In this document: positions 33,491-46,623 of the stretch, piece after piece
How positions within the stretch are numbered: position 1 is the stretch's first letter
How the letters are laid out: every line of letters starts with the position of its first letter
Source: Lama guanicoe
Taxonomy: Eukaryota
Length of the DNA stretch: 64,000 bases
NCBI GenBank assembly: GCA_013239625.1
Contig: MU054220.1
Location: 5,096,587-5,160,586 of the forward strand
Reading direction: 5' to 3'
Notes under the pieces: model-generated
What the model was told of the DNA's origin: nothing
Seen by the model: only the letters and a program-made list of their open reading frames with translations
The model's database searches: none
Program-made: the position numbers and the translations under genes

Positions 33491-33619
33491 TTACTAAGTG
33501 ATTGCTTAAAGTCATTCTGTAAAGGCAGATCTAGGATTCAAATCAGGCATCTGACTCTGCTACCTATAGTCTCAACCACTATGCCATATTGATCTTGAAT
33601 ATACCTTGTAGGCTAAAGT

Positions 33620-33820
33620 TCCAGTGGGCTTTGAAGTCAGCCAGCTTTGATCTAAATCCCAACTCTGCTCTTACTAGTAACTGTGTGACCTTGGCAAATT
33701 GTTGAAATTTCCTAAGATTAAAACAGTGTCTCCTTCATTGAATTGTTAGGATTAGATGAGATAACATATGTAAAGTACCTAGCAGAGTGCCTAGCACAGA
33801 GTAAGTGCTCAGTAAATAAT
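33620..33820 (+). mobile_element. MIR SINE
   Basis: CTGTGTGACCTTGGCAAATT...AGGATTAGATGAGATAAC...GTGCCTAGCACAGAGTAAGTGCTCAGTAAAT. Confidence 0.85.
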
Positions 33821-34999
33821 TCATGTGTTATTTCCTAGGCTTGTTTCTATTTCTGTTTCCTGCCTGCATTTTCATCCTTAGCTTTTGGCTTTTTGTCCAT
33901 ATTGAGGAGCTGTAGGCTTGGGTTGGGGAGAAGGGGGAAAAGAGACAGCAAAGTCAGGCTAAGGAGGGCATCTCTCCCTAAGAGGGTCTAGGATAGAGAA
34001 AAGAGAGACAGAAAGGTATTGGTGGTGGTGGAAATGTCACTGACTATGCATTAGTGCCTCAAGACTTTAAATATTAGTCATTTGACTTTCCTTTTGTGTT
34101 TTATTTATTTTCTACACAGCGTCATCAAGCCCTGAGTTAGGTTTTAAAACTGAATGAATCATCTCATTATCCTTGAGAACTGCATCAGGGACAGAAAGTA
34201 TTATCCTCATTTCACCAGTGAGAAGCTGATAAAGAGAGAGGCTAAGTGATTGGCTCAAGGTCACAAAGCCAGAAATAGTATCTGTGGTCAGTGCGCTGGC
34301 CTTCAGATATTACTGCATCCCCAGGTTACAGGACACTAAGTGATGTTAGGAGATGAACAACAAAATGGCTTCATGAACATGGAAGAGATGGGGAAAGAAA
34401 TGATGATGATTTATCACCTACCATGTGCTGGGTACTATGCATGGCATTTTATGTTAGTATTTTGTCAAATTCTCACAACTACCATAGGAACTGACTATAT
34501 TGGTGCTACAGTCCCAATTTATAGATGACCATTTGGGATTTAAACTAGTCTTTCAGATTCCAAAACTTGTGTTGTTCTCGTTATGTCAAGCTGTCCCTGG
34601 ATGTTTAGTTTTTGTTTCTATTTCATAAGATTCCTGAAGGACAGTGGGGCATCCTCCTGGGCACCTCTCTCTATCTAAAGCCAATGCTCCATCCCACTCC
34701 CACAGATTCTATTCTGTAGCAATAGGGTGTCCCCGTTCCTATTTGATTGCTGCTAGTTCCTGCCCCTCCCGTTTCTACCCTCTCCCTGAAACCTGAGAAC
34801 TTGAGCTTTAGTGATGTTTCTGGGAATGACCAAACCTATGCAACCTCAGATAGTGGTTATTGGTTACACAATGCAATTCTTGTCTACAGAGTTATTGACT
34901 CCTTGTTCAGACCAATACCTTGTTAGATTCATTTCTTTATTTCTAGAACCTGGTAAGCTCAATAGCTCTGTTCTAGCATATAGCTCAGTTCAAAGCAAC

Positions 35000-35042
<43 letters not shown>

Positions 35043-35055
35043 AATAGTAATAATA
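35000..35055. repeat. (TAA)n trinucleotide microsatellite at a MIR tail
   Basis: Interrupted run of TAA units next to a minus-strand MIR at ~35070-35270. Confidence 0.95.
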
Positions 35056-35278
35056 AAAATACCATAAAGCAAACACAGTAGTTCCTACATATCTCATTGA
35101 CTCTTCAGAAAAACCCAGGATATTGCTATGATTATTTTCCTAATTTTACAGATGAAGAAATGGAGAGTCAGAGAAATTAAATTAGTTGTCTAAAGCCACA
35201 TACCTAGTAAGAGGGAAAGCTGGGATTTGAACATGGGCGTTTTTTTTATTCCAAAGCCTCTTTAATAATTTACCTTCC

Positions 35279-35637
35279 TGTGTCACTTAGCATTTGCTGG
35301 GTAACAAACCATTCCAAAATGTAGAGGCTTAAAACAAGAACCATTTTATTTAGCTCATGATTTTGTGTGTGTCAGTTGGGAGTGTTTTCTGGTCTTAGCC
35401 ATATCAGCAGATCTCTACTGGGCCCTCCCATGTTTTATGTCTAACATTACATAGCCAGCAAGCTCCAGTGCACCATCACTTTTTCAAGTCTCTGTTTACC
35501 CCCTTTCCCCCTTCCTGTTAATCAGTGTCCTGTTGGCCAAAGCAAGTCATATGGCCAACCCAGGTTCAGGGATGAAGAATTAGACTCCAGCTCTTGGTGG
35601 TGGGGGAAGTATTTGTAGCCAATATTGTAGTCCACAA
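35279..35637 (-). mobile_element. MLT1-type (F/G/H-like) MaLR LTR
   Basis: TGTGTCACTTAGCATTTGCTGGGTAACAAACCATTCCAAAA...TTGGCCAAAGCAAGTCATATGGCCAA...CCACA. Confidence 0.75.
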
Positions 35638-36649
35638 CACTTTTTTTCTGCTACATCACTTAGTTTCGTGAGATAGAAAGATATGCAAACAGGTTAGTGA
35701 CAAGATATAGCTTGAGAACTGCTTATAAATATGAAGACTGCTTATTTCATTGGCTTCTAAAATGCTTTGGGCAGCACAGAGCTTGGCAGTTCCCTCAAGT
35801 ACAAGAGATTTCCTTCAGAAAAGAGCCAGTGCAGGTTTTGGACTGCCTGAGCACAGGGCAGATCAAGTGAGGAGAAGCTGTCATCACCATGGTGACCTAG
35901 CCCTGGAAACTCTTCATTTTTTTTCTGAGTAGGACTTTGCATCATTCCTGCATCATTGTCCCACATCCTCCCCCTGAGAAGCCTGGCACAGCTGGAAGCT
36001 CAGCTGGGCATCTGTTTCAGGAAACTTGAAATTCACTTTACAGCCAAAAAGTGCCAAGCATGGCTCAGTATGATTTCTCTCTACTTTGGATATTTAACAG
36101 CCCCAGATCCAACTCTGTTCTTTTGTCATGTTTGGAAAAAATGTTTTTTACATTTCTTAAACTTCAAGAGACAGTTTATAGTAAGGCTAAAATAAATGTA
36201 GTTGTTAACAACAAAAATGTATTAGTATTGTTACTTAGCAATGGTTCTAAAACCTTAGCAGCATATCAGCATTACCTTGGAGAGCTTATTAAAAATACAG
36301 ATCCTGTGTGATACTCCTAGAGATCCTGATTATGTGACAGTCAGGAACCCATACCTTTTTACCAACAATCAGATGATTTTAAAGCAGCCAATGCCCAGAG
36401 CAGCATGTGAGAGTCATTGCTTTACCCTATAAAGTCTGGTACATTTCCTTCAACAGTTAACATACAGAGATACTGAGATCGCTTAAAGAGATGATTTGGA
36501 AAAACATATATGTAAAAACAACTTTTCCTGCTCCTATAGCCCCTTCATGCAAAATATCCGCACCTCTTCTCCAAGAGAAAATCCAACACAGTCTTTGCCC
36601 TCTGTATCTCCTAAAGAATGCCGTAATGAGGAACCGATGTTTCTAATTA

Positions 36650-36915
36650 CTGATAATAATAGTTTACATTATTGAGGACTTACTAAGTGCCAGGAATTAT
36701 GCTGAGAAATTTACTTGGATTAGTGGTTTTAATCCTTTCAATAATCCGATGAAATCAGTTCTATATTATGAGGAAACTGTAGCTTAGTGAGATGACTATC
36801 TTTGCCAAGTCACCCAGCGAACTGAGAGCCAATCCACCTACTTAAACTTTATTCCATGACTCAAACCTGGGCTCTCGGCCTCTGAGGCCTGTATCCTTAA
36901 CTACCAGGCTAAACT
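36650..36915 (-). mobile_element. MIR SINE
   Basis: ATTATTGAGGACTTACTAAGTGCCAGG...ATGAGGAAACTGTAGCTTAG. Confidence 0.8.
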
Positions 36916-36939
36916 GTCTTTTAAGTAGTGTTTGCTAGT

Positions 36940-37375
36940 TGTTTCTTATTATCTTTCCTCATTTAATTTCCATATTAATAGAACCCCAAGATTTAGCTGG
37001 GCACATTGCCACCCAAAATAAAGATAGCATTTCTCAGCATCCCTTGCAGGTAGGTGTGCATGTGGCTAAGTTCAGGCTGATGGGATGTGTGAGTAGAAGT
37101 GATGTATATAAATTCTGGGTCATGCCTTTGAAGGAAAGGAGTGTGCCCTTCTTCTCCTTTAACTGTTTTGCGGGAGTGAGGCCATCATGGTGTGCCATCT
37201 TAGAACTTAAAGATGACAGTAATATTGTAGGGAATGTGGAACAAAAACATAGAAAGCACTTGGGTCTCTGACACTGACAGCTACTGTGGAGTGCTTATGT
37301 AAATCCAGGTTATGAAACGAGAGCTAAATGAATTTGGGGTATCAACAGCAACTGAACCCACATCCTAACTCACAC
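36940..37375 (+). mobile_element. ERVL/MaLR LTR (MLT1J- or LTR33-like)
   Basis: CATTTCTCAGCATCCCTTGCAGGTAGGTGTGCATGTGGCTAAGTTC...AGAAGTGATGT. Confidence 0.7.
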
Positions 37376-39511
37376 AACCCTCTATCAACTCAATGTTTTA
37401 AAAGCTTGCAGTTTTGAGTGACCTGTACCTATTCTGGATCTCAAGCAAAGTTTTAGAAAGGGTCCTGTTATGCTTGGTGAACTGACCTTCTGAGTTCTGG
37501 GAGCTCTCACCTCCAGGATGCCCACAATGCTAGGTCTATTTGTGTGTGCAATTGTTCCATGAGCCGTTTCAGAGGGTCAATAAAGTATCAACATTATAAG
37601 AAGTTGCAATTCCATAGTGTGAGTCTACTAACCAGGTATTTGGACCCTCAGACCCCTGAGGTCTCCTCTTTTGCCTGACCAAAGGTGAAAAAAGAAGTTC
37701 AAGTGGTGTAGTCTTGGCACTCAGGTGCTGATGATCAACTTTCCACTGACAGTGTCCTGTTTCTATAGGTAACGGATTCTGAGATGTCACAAGAGATACA
37801 TTTGCAATTGATAAGAAGTCCTTGGGGGCTTATGTGGGGCTGATTTTAGTTCTTAAGATATGAGATACTGAGGATTCAATTCATGGTAAATATTTGAATA
37901 AAAGTATGACTTCATTTAAATTTAATTAGAGTAAAAAGTAATGATAATAATGATAATGGCTAAATATGAGGGCCCAATATGTATCAGTCACAAGGCCATA
38001 TGTTTATATACATGATGCCATTTAATTCTCACAATAGTCCCACAGAAGAGGTAGTACTAGTATCCCATTTTCCAGATAAAAAAAACTACCACAGAATTTT
38101 TAGCTGTCCTACTACTGGGTTTCTATCCAATTCACTTAGGGCAGAGGAACCTGGAAAGAAAAATCTACTATTTTAAAAGTACTTCCTATGCATGTATTCA
38201 TTGAGTCATTTATCTTATTTTAATTTTAAATTTAATTTTTGTTTTATTATTTTATTTAACTTAATCTTTATAATAGTCCTGTAAAATAGATCTTAGAGCT
38301 ATAGAGATTAGGGAAATTGGCCCAGAAAAGTCAAATAACTTGCCCATGGCCCCATGGCTTAGAAGTGTCACAGCCAGTATTCAAGTTCAAATCTGTCTGA
38401 CTTCAAGTCCCGGACTCATTAAACTAGCCAAGTTACACTGAACTTATACCATAAAAATGCTTCTGATTGGCAGCATGTAGTTCCCAATAACATGCAACAT
38501 TGATGGTGGTTTTGTTTTTAGGATTTTGTGATCCAGTATTATTTTGTATAAAATGAAATTCTGTGGAGCTAAAGAGACTTTCTGTATATCCATTATATCT
38601 TTTGATTTCTACTGTGGTAAAAGGTCATACTTAGTGAAATATGGGGAAATATTAGATATGACTTAATTTGCTTAATAAATCCATTTAGTACTCAGAAGAT
38701 GAAACACACACACATACAATCCCTCAAGAAAGAGGCAAGAATCCTCAAAAGGGATACATTAGGAGAGTCACGTGGAATTCTACAAATGTGATAAACACAT
38801 TAGAAAAATGAAATGTAGACAGATGTGCCCTTAGACTAATTGAACAAAAATCCTTGAAAAGCTCAGTGGTAGGCATAACTGGAAAAGCCAGCTGAAGGAA
38901 TAAAAATAATAGACAAAAGGGACTACACCAAATGTTCTGTATACAAGATCCATTGTATTCGTTAAACACTTCGGAGCCATATGATCTAAATGTGAAAATG
39001 CCCTGAGATAAATTGAGAAAAGTTCCTTGAACAATACAAAAGAAGAAGAAGGGGGAAAAAAAAACCTTAAAGAATGAACTTTCTCAAAACGAGCTGAAAC
39101 TGTCATACAAAGTTTTGAAATGCTAGTTTGTGATTTAGAATTTCAGGTCAATGTATCATTATGAGAACTGGCTTCAGGTAAATCGCTCTGCTTCCCTCTT
39201 GCGTCTCAGTCTCTCAAATTTGTCCCCTCCTCTCCACATTGTCACTGTTAGTGCCAAAAATTCTCATTACTCTTAGAGCAACAGCCCGCACGTAGCTTCC
39301 TGATATCTTATCTCTTTTTCTCACTACACAAGACTGTTTTTTTTTTTAAATGCCAGATTGATAGGACACTGCTTAAACACTTGTAGTGGTTTCCCATCAC
39401 CTTCATGAGCCTCTTCAGCTCAGCAAAAAAGCTTTTTGTGCTTTGGCTGTTGCCTATTTTCTGTTCTCCTGGCTTGCTTCCTTCTCACATGTAACTTCAG
39501 CCCAGTCGTAA

Positions 39512-40113
39512 TGTTGCCGAAAGATTGGCCTCCGTCCCTGACAAGCCAAATAACTCAGAGACAGGGTCTTAGAGCATAGAAGAAAAGAGGCGGCTTTATT
39601 GCTTTGCTGGGCAAAGGGACTCACAACAGACTAGTGCCTTCAGAACCGTGAACCTATCTTGCGGATGGGGCAGGGTGATTATATAGCCATAGCTTAAACA
39701 ATGAAGCATCGATAACAATCAACAGAATTATTTTCTTCTCCTAAGACTGAGAGTGGCGTCATGATGTCTCCAGGTGACCAAGTCTATAGCGGCTAGTGGT
39801 TGTCACTCTTTCCATCTCTTTGCCTTATAAGCGCCCAAGGCGTAGTCTTCTCAGTAATTCAGGCTATTTTGTAAGGTTACAGGCCTGTGAATTTCTCCCT
39901 GGAGAACAACTCAGAGACCAAGCATGATTATAACTTTTGATTACTGGAATAAAGTAGAAACAGTAAGATCAATAGCTTTAGTTTTAACAGTGGGCCTGGA
40001 GCTGTGAGTAGTAACCGGCCAGTCAGATTTGCTGATCGGTCTAAAACCAAGCAGTAAGCATAAAGCCAAGAATTTGTTAGCCTACGTGTGGCCATTTTAT
40101 TATCTCTCCTTCA
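39512..40113 (-). mobile_element. Solo ERV1-type LTR, 602 bp, with intact termini
   Basis: TG...CA ends; 4-bp TSD GTAA (39508-39511 and 40114-40117); antisense AATAAA at 39595-39600 and antisense TATATAA at 39679-39685; several CpGs retained. Confidence 0.9.
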
Positions 40114-40549
40114 GTAATGAACTGTTATGAACTTCTACTTACATTATGAAGATGTGCTGCATACTCTGAAGGGGAACTGGAAATATGCCAGATCCTGGAT
40201 ACATTTCAACAAATATGTACTATAAATGCATTGCTTGGCTCCATGGGTTAAAAAAAAAGGTGGGTTGAAATCTGAAGTGTAAAGTGTTATCTGATATAAT
40301 TATTAATGGCACATCTTGTTTCATTCTCAGATATGTTCCAGTTTGGACAATGATTACTCTGTTAATAGATTATAGTATAACCAGTTGTTTCATAACCAGG
40401 GAACAAAGACATCAAATTCCTGGTTTAGAAATCAATGGGTTCTCACTACCCTCCTCCCGATCTTCTCTATCTAGTTAATTCTCCATTTATAGATAAATTT
40501 ATAAATACACATTTATTACTTCCATTACTCCACTTCTGATAACATATTC

Positions 40550-41050
40550 TGTATCAGTTAGGAAACAATGTCAAAACTCACACTAAGATAATAACGATTT
40601 TTTGACTCGCTTTGTAGGAAAATCCAGACACAAGTTTGATCTAATTTAATGCTTTCATTGAGGACTCAATTTCAGTTTCATTCTTTTTCTTTCTTTCTTT
40701 TTTTCTCTTCATTCTTTCCTTTATCATGTCAACTTCATCTCAAACTGGGCCTGCCACTTGATGTTAAAAAGGCTACAGCAGCTCCAGCCTTTGTATTTGC
40801 ATACCAAGTCCCACCAGCATTCCAAGCAACAATCCTGAAAGATACCTCAAAAGACTTGTTTGGGTTACATGCCTCCCTAATCCAGTCATTCTGGCCAGGA
40901 TAATGGAATGTGCTGATTGGTTTGAGGAAATTAGGGTTAAGCCGAGGAGCTGTGGGTTGGAGCCAGCCTTTCCTGAAGTACATGGGCTGCTTGGAGGTAA
41001 AATCAGGAAGAGGAAAGGAGAAATGGATACTGGATCAACAACCAGCAAGT
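40550..41050 (-). mobile_element. MLT1K/L-type MaLR LTR
   Basis: TGTATCAGTTAGG...GGGTTACATGCCTCCCTAATCCAGTCATTCTGGCCAGGATAATGGAATGTGCTGATTGG. Confidence 0.65.
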
Positions 41051-41194
41051 TTGCAATCCGTGGTAGAAGCCTAGGTGTGCTTACTGAACCAACCCAGCCA
41101 TGTTATGGGAGCCTCAGATTTAAGACTCATTGTGGAGGTTACACTAAAGAACTTCTGATTTATAGCTATTTAGGCCAATAGAAGAGTTTGGGAG

Positions 41195-41440
41195 CCAGTG
41201 TGGTGAGTGGGTATAAAGAGCACCTATTCTGTTCCTGAATCCAAACAGACCTGAGACTTGAATTTGGGTGTGAACCTCTTAACTGGCTTTGAATCTTGGC
41301 CAAAATAATTACTTTAAATCTTCATTTTTCCTAAACCACAACTTGGGGATAATTTCCTATCTTATTCAGTTTTGTGATAGATAAATGAGATTATGCATAT
41401 AAAGTGCCCAGCATAGTGCATGGTATGGAGTAGATAATTT
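41195..41440 (+). mobile_element. MIR SINE
   Basis: GGGGATAAT...GATAAATGAGATTATGCATATAAAGTGCCCAGCATAGTGCATGG. Confidence 0.7.
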
Positions 41441-42499
41441 CCTTTTTAGTTTATAGTCACTAAATTGACTCTGAAATCATTAGCATAATGACTTTTTTTG
41501 GATCATTTAGTCCACCTGCCAAACTGTGGCTGCTGCTTTGTAGCTCCTTACTTAGTAGGTGGAAGTACATTGTGAAAAAACTTGGTCTTTTAATCTCAGC
41601 ATCTTTTCTTTGAGTAGTGGGGAAAACCTGATTTCTTGAAATTGCTAATAAATGTAAATGCTTTTTAATATTAATAATAAACACTGAGCAGCACCCCTGC
41701 CCCCCTGCCCCCGGCAAAAACAAAAACAAAAAACAAAACTTGCTGACCTGTAGTAATTTACCTCTAGCTCCAGGAAGCTTCAGCCATTGTTTTTGGCCCA
41801 AGTGTTGATCCTTTGCTGATGCCTCAGGAAGCGATAGCTGTTTCTTCATTTCTTACCAAAAGCTATTTTGCTCCAGGGGAGCCCATTAGCTCATTTGAGT
41901 TAAGTTTCCAGCCTCTAAACCAGAAATCTCAAGGTCCTAAGGCTAGGGAGCTTGAGCAAGATACCTGACTCATTCTTGGTTCCTGCTTTCATCACCTGGG
42001 AACCTGACAATGTGTATGTTCACCACTCCCCCTTTCCCTCAACCCAACATCAGCTGATTGGTCAACTCAGACTTGCAGGAAATAGCAGCATAAACAGTGC
42101 TTCAGTGAACCCCTTCAAGCTGTGAAGACCATGAATAATTCATCAGTTTGCAGTTGCTGTCTTTGCCCTGGTGGTCCCACCATGGGTTACAAGCGACTAA
42201 GCTCAGGGGAAGCCCTGTCCTCAGATAATTAGTCTTCCTTCAGCTCCACTGAATTAGCACTCCTATTTTATTGTACCCTTGGGTTACAGGAGCTTAAGTT
42301 ATAAAAGTTATAAAACAAGCAAATTATTGCTGAAGGCCTGCAGCATATTATTCTGAAGCCCTTGCAACTATATGAATGAGGCTGAAGTCGTCAGGGAAGT
42401 TTAATCTGTGGCTTCGTGTTTGGAGGATGTTTAGTAGTTTTAATGTTCAAAGATGAAAACAGGCGTATTCCTTTCCGATCATCGAGATTATAAAAATAA

Positions 42500-42980
42500 A
42501 TGTTTGCATAACAAACAATGGAGAAAATCATAATGAAGAAAGCAACAATAATCCTAAATTCCAAGCCCAGAGTTAATCATTGGTAGCATTTTGCTGTATG
42601 TGGTCCAGACCTCTTATTCACTTTTTCTTTTTCATTTGATGTAAGCGGAATCATTATGAATGCAATTTAACAATCACTGAATATATCTTTTATGCCCATA
42701 AATATAGATCTATATCACCATTTTTATGACTAAATAGCATTATGTTGCATCTGTACACCAGATTTTATTTATCCAGTCCCCTGTTGATGAGTACCCAGTT
42801 GTTTTCAAATTGTTCCTGTTAGCAATAACACTGCAGTAGATGATCTTAAATACTTTTGCATAAATATCAGCTTATCTCCTTAGGATACCTTTCTAAAGAG
42901 TGGAATTGCTAAGGACATCTGAAGGCTTTGATTCATATAGCTAACCTGCTTCTCAAACGGAATTTACATGCTGACTAATG
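42500..42980 (-). mobile_element. Ancient L1ME-type fragment
   Basis: TTTATTTATCCAGTCCCCTGTTGATG...GTTGTTTTCAAATT...CCTTAGGATACC...GTGGAATTGCT. Confidence 0.7.
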
Positions 42981-43485
42981 ATACCTGAAAGCTGGTCAAA
43001 AGAAAAAAACAAATCTGTTGCAAGAAGTCCATTGAGGGGATGGGGCTTCCAGGTCCTAAAAATAAGCAAACCACCACGGGTTTATGGCAACCTACTTCAA
43101 CATCAACCTCAGAGAATCTACAGAGGTAAGGATCTAGGGTAGCGGAATCTAGGAACAAACAAAACAAAGCATGAGGATAGCCCTGGGGGACTGAGGACTG
43201 TCTTGGCTGGTGAGTATAAGAGATGAGTGGCTGTGGCTAGAGACACAGGAAAGCCAGAGGCATAGGAAATCTTTGGGGTTGGGCTCCCACCTCACCATGC
43301 ACCCCCACCTCTGCTCAGGGCAAATCTATGCCTGATTCTTCTAGTGCTAGTCCTGTTAGGATGAGGAATTGATGAAAGTAGGTGTGGACTGACTGACCTT
43401 GGGAATTCGATCCTCCATTCCCCTCACCCCAGAGGCTACTAGGTAGCAAAGGAGAGATATGCTTTTTCCCTGGGTTGTGTCCCTC

Positions 43486-44021
43486 TGTAGAGAAGGGAAA
43501 AATGTTCTTCTCCCCTTCTTGGTTCTTTAGCTGGTCTAATAGTCAAATCAACACAAGATAGATTAACAGGAGAAAAAACTTTTATTATGTACGTACGGGG
43601 TCCCATAAGAATATGAGACCCATAGGCAGTCAGATAATTGAGACTTAAGGTGCCATCCTGAGCTAAGAAAAAGGGGTAGGAGTCTGGAACTTCAAATGAG
43701 AGGAAGACAATTCACAGGAAGGTGAGAAAAGCAAAACTCTGGTAAACAAATGTTTACTGTGCCAGGCAGACAATGGGACCCACAGAAAACTTTGATCTTC
43801 AGGCCCTTGGGACCCTGCTCTCCTCAAACTCTTTGTAGTTATTTCTGGTGATGGTTCTCTTCCTAGACAATGCCCTTTATTTAAATTCTTTTAGGCAATT
43901 AAGGGAAAGGTAAACAGCTCTTCTTGAGTTTTTTGAGCTTTCATTGACTTTAACTCAAAGTAATCCACGTGCCAAAGTGGCACATTTTTTGGGGTGCGGG
44001 GGCTGGTTTTAAACCTTTTCA
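43486..44021 (-). mobile_element. ERV1-type solo LTR (MER41/MER34-like laurasiatherian family)
   Basis: TGTAG...TTCA ends; AGATTAACAGGAGAAAA; AACTCAAAGTAATCCACGTGCCAAAGTGGCACATTTT; TSD not clean. Confidence 0.8.
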
Positions 44022-45919
44022 TCCCTAAATAAGGACTTAAAGGTGAAACTCCAGGCAGAGTTCTCTGGTGAAGTGGCAGCAATCAAGAGTGGTGGTTCTA
44101 AGGTTGGGGTTCTCTGCCCTGGAATTTATCTCCTTGTCCAAATTTTCGTAATGGCATAGATAGGACCTGGACTTTGGACCTTTCTCAATGTGCATGGCCC
44201 GACGAGCTGGCTGATCCTCCTAGGAGAAAGTGAGCATGAGATCACAAGCCAAAATAACCAATCACCAGAGTAGAACAATTTCCCCAAAAGAGACATAACA
44301 AAAACTAGTTAACATTTACCATCTGAAGCAAAATTATTGGAACAGATGGAAAGAGAGTTTAACATAAGTATGATAAATATACTTGAGGAAATAAAGGAAG
44401 ATATTAGTAATCTTCCAAAATGGAACCAAGGGAAAATATTAGATTTGAAAAAATATAGCGGCTGAAAAAAAGGAAAGTTATCACTTCCTTTTACAGCAGA
44501 ACCTGAATAGAGATATATTCTAAAGAGATAAAAGAGTGGGGAGGGGAGGGGAAGCAGGGGAGGGAACCCAGGCACCATACAACCATTATCCCTTTTGTTG
44601 CTTCCTTGCCGCACAACTTATACACACCCAACCAGATGTATTCTTAAGTGAGTCAAATATAAACTTAGCTAAGTTTGGAGACAAGTTGGTTTGTCTTATT
44701 CTCTTCCCTCTATTGAATTTATTATCAATACCACATAATTTCACCTGAATTAGATATACCTTTCACCTTGCAATTATCTTATTTATGTTTTATTTTAGTT
44801 AACTCATTGGTAAATGATAACATCTATCTTGTCTATCACAGGCACTGTTTATTTATTCAATCCAGCCACCCAACATTTATTTGATGAGTACCTGTCACAA
44901 GAAGAGCTGGTAAACATTAAAAAAAAAAAACTAAACACAACCTCTGCCCTTAAGAAATTATAATCTAGTGATGGAGATAAACACACACATGAATATGTCG
45001 TGATGATCTTGTAGTCAAGGTCACACAACTGACTACTGGCAAGGTTAGGACTCAAATATGAGATATTTCGACCATTAAGCTCTGTTCTTTCCCTGGTGAG
45101 TAGTGTATTGAATGTATGAGTGTTTAGTGAAAAATGTATACATTTATGTATTTCCAGTAATGTGTAACTTAGGAGCAAAAGCTTAAACATGTTTATTGCT
45201 TATCTCACCAACTGCAGCTCTCCATGAAGTCTCATAAAGCCTTGGTTAGCAGTCTTTCAAAGTTATGTGCACACACAGAAAGAATTACTCCTCTGCAGGA
45301 GTTTCAGAACCGATGGAGCGACCTTTGAATTCCTGGAACAGATTCAGTGCTCTAAAAAGCCCATGTACAGTAACAATAAATTGAGTCCACAGCCATACAC
45401 AATTCAGCTGCAAAACCACAATAAAGTCATATTCAGAGGATATTCATGGTAGCTGAATTTCTACAGATTAATGATTGCTACTCTTTGCAACCTGAGGAGG
45501 GGGCTTATTTCTTACTGAGGAAGGTATTTTTCTAGTTTGAGACTGGGGGAAAACTAGGGATTATTGGTCTCTGCTGTTTCCTTGTTGGTTCATTTTTATT
45601 TGAATTCCCAAAAGTCATTAGGATAGGATATTGCCAGCCCTTTATTCCAAACTTTCTCAGCATCTCCAAGAATATCTGAAACACAAGACAATCTTACATC
45701 AATGTCATATTAAGTTTAATTAATATATGGCCTTCTGTAATATATATATATTTCATAACATGTCAGTTTCTTTCTTTTTTCAGTCCTTTCACACATACTC
45801 TCTTCTGGTTGGTGTTGTCTTTCTCCCATTTATTATCCCCATGGCTAGCTGGGCATCTCATCCTTTAGGTCACAGTTTAGATGATACCTCCCACCCCAGC
45901 ATTACTCCCCAACTTGCTA

Positions 45920-46220
45920 CTCATTCCTTCATTCATCCTTCCATTTAACACATTTATGGTCATCTCACATGGTATATGCAGACACTGTTAACTGCTAAGT
46001 GTTAGGATACAGTGATAGGCAAAAGCAGAAGTGATTCTTGCCCTCTTGGAGCTTATAGTGAGGAGAGGGAAGAAGACTTTAAGCAAGTGATCACCCAAGT
46101 AAACAAAATTGCAACTGTAAAGTCACCATGAGGGGAAGGTGCCCCATGCTATCAGAAAGAATTAGGGTCTAACCTATTCAGGTTGGATAGGCAGGGTTTC
46201 CTGGAAGAGGTGAGAACAGC
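45920..46220 (-). mobile_element. L2 LINE 3' fragment
   Basis: CATTCCTTCATTCATCC...GGATACAGTGATAG...TGCCCTCTTGGAGCTTATAG...CCTGGAAGAGGTGA. Confidence 0.8.
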
Positions 46221-46243
46221 ATCTTGTTTTTCAACTTCATGGC

Positions 46244-46623
46244 TGTTATGGGCTGAATTGTGTTCCCCCACAATCTATGTGTTGAAGTCCTAACCACTAC
46301 TTCCTCAGTATGTGACTACATTTTGGATATAGGATTAAAAAAGGCAATTAAGGTAAAATGAGGTCATATGGGTGGGCTCTAATCCTGTTTGACTGATGTC
46401 TTTGTATGAAGAGGACATTAGAACACAGTGCATAGAAGATAACCACATGAGGATACACGGGGAAGGCAATTTGCAAGTCAAGGACAGAGGCCTTAGAATA
46501 CACCAACTGTGTCAACACCTTGGTCTTGGACTTTTATCTTCCAGAATTGTGAGAAAATAAATTTCTGTTGTATTACTACTTTTCTGTGATATTACTTTAC
46601 AGCATCCCTAGAAAAAACACACA
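46244..46623 (+). mobile_element. MLT1B-type MaLR LTR
   Basis: TGTTATGGGCTGAATTGTGTTCCCC...TTAAGGTAAAATGAGGTCAT...CCAGAATTGTGAGAAAATAAATTTCTGTTG. Confidence 0.9.

Noticed and set aside
34811..35047. ORF with a poly-Ile tail
   Set aside because: It is the translation of the (TAA)n microsatellite.
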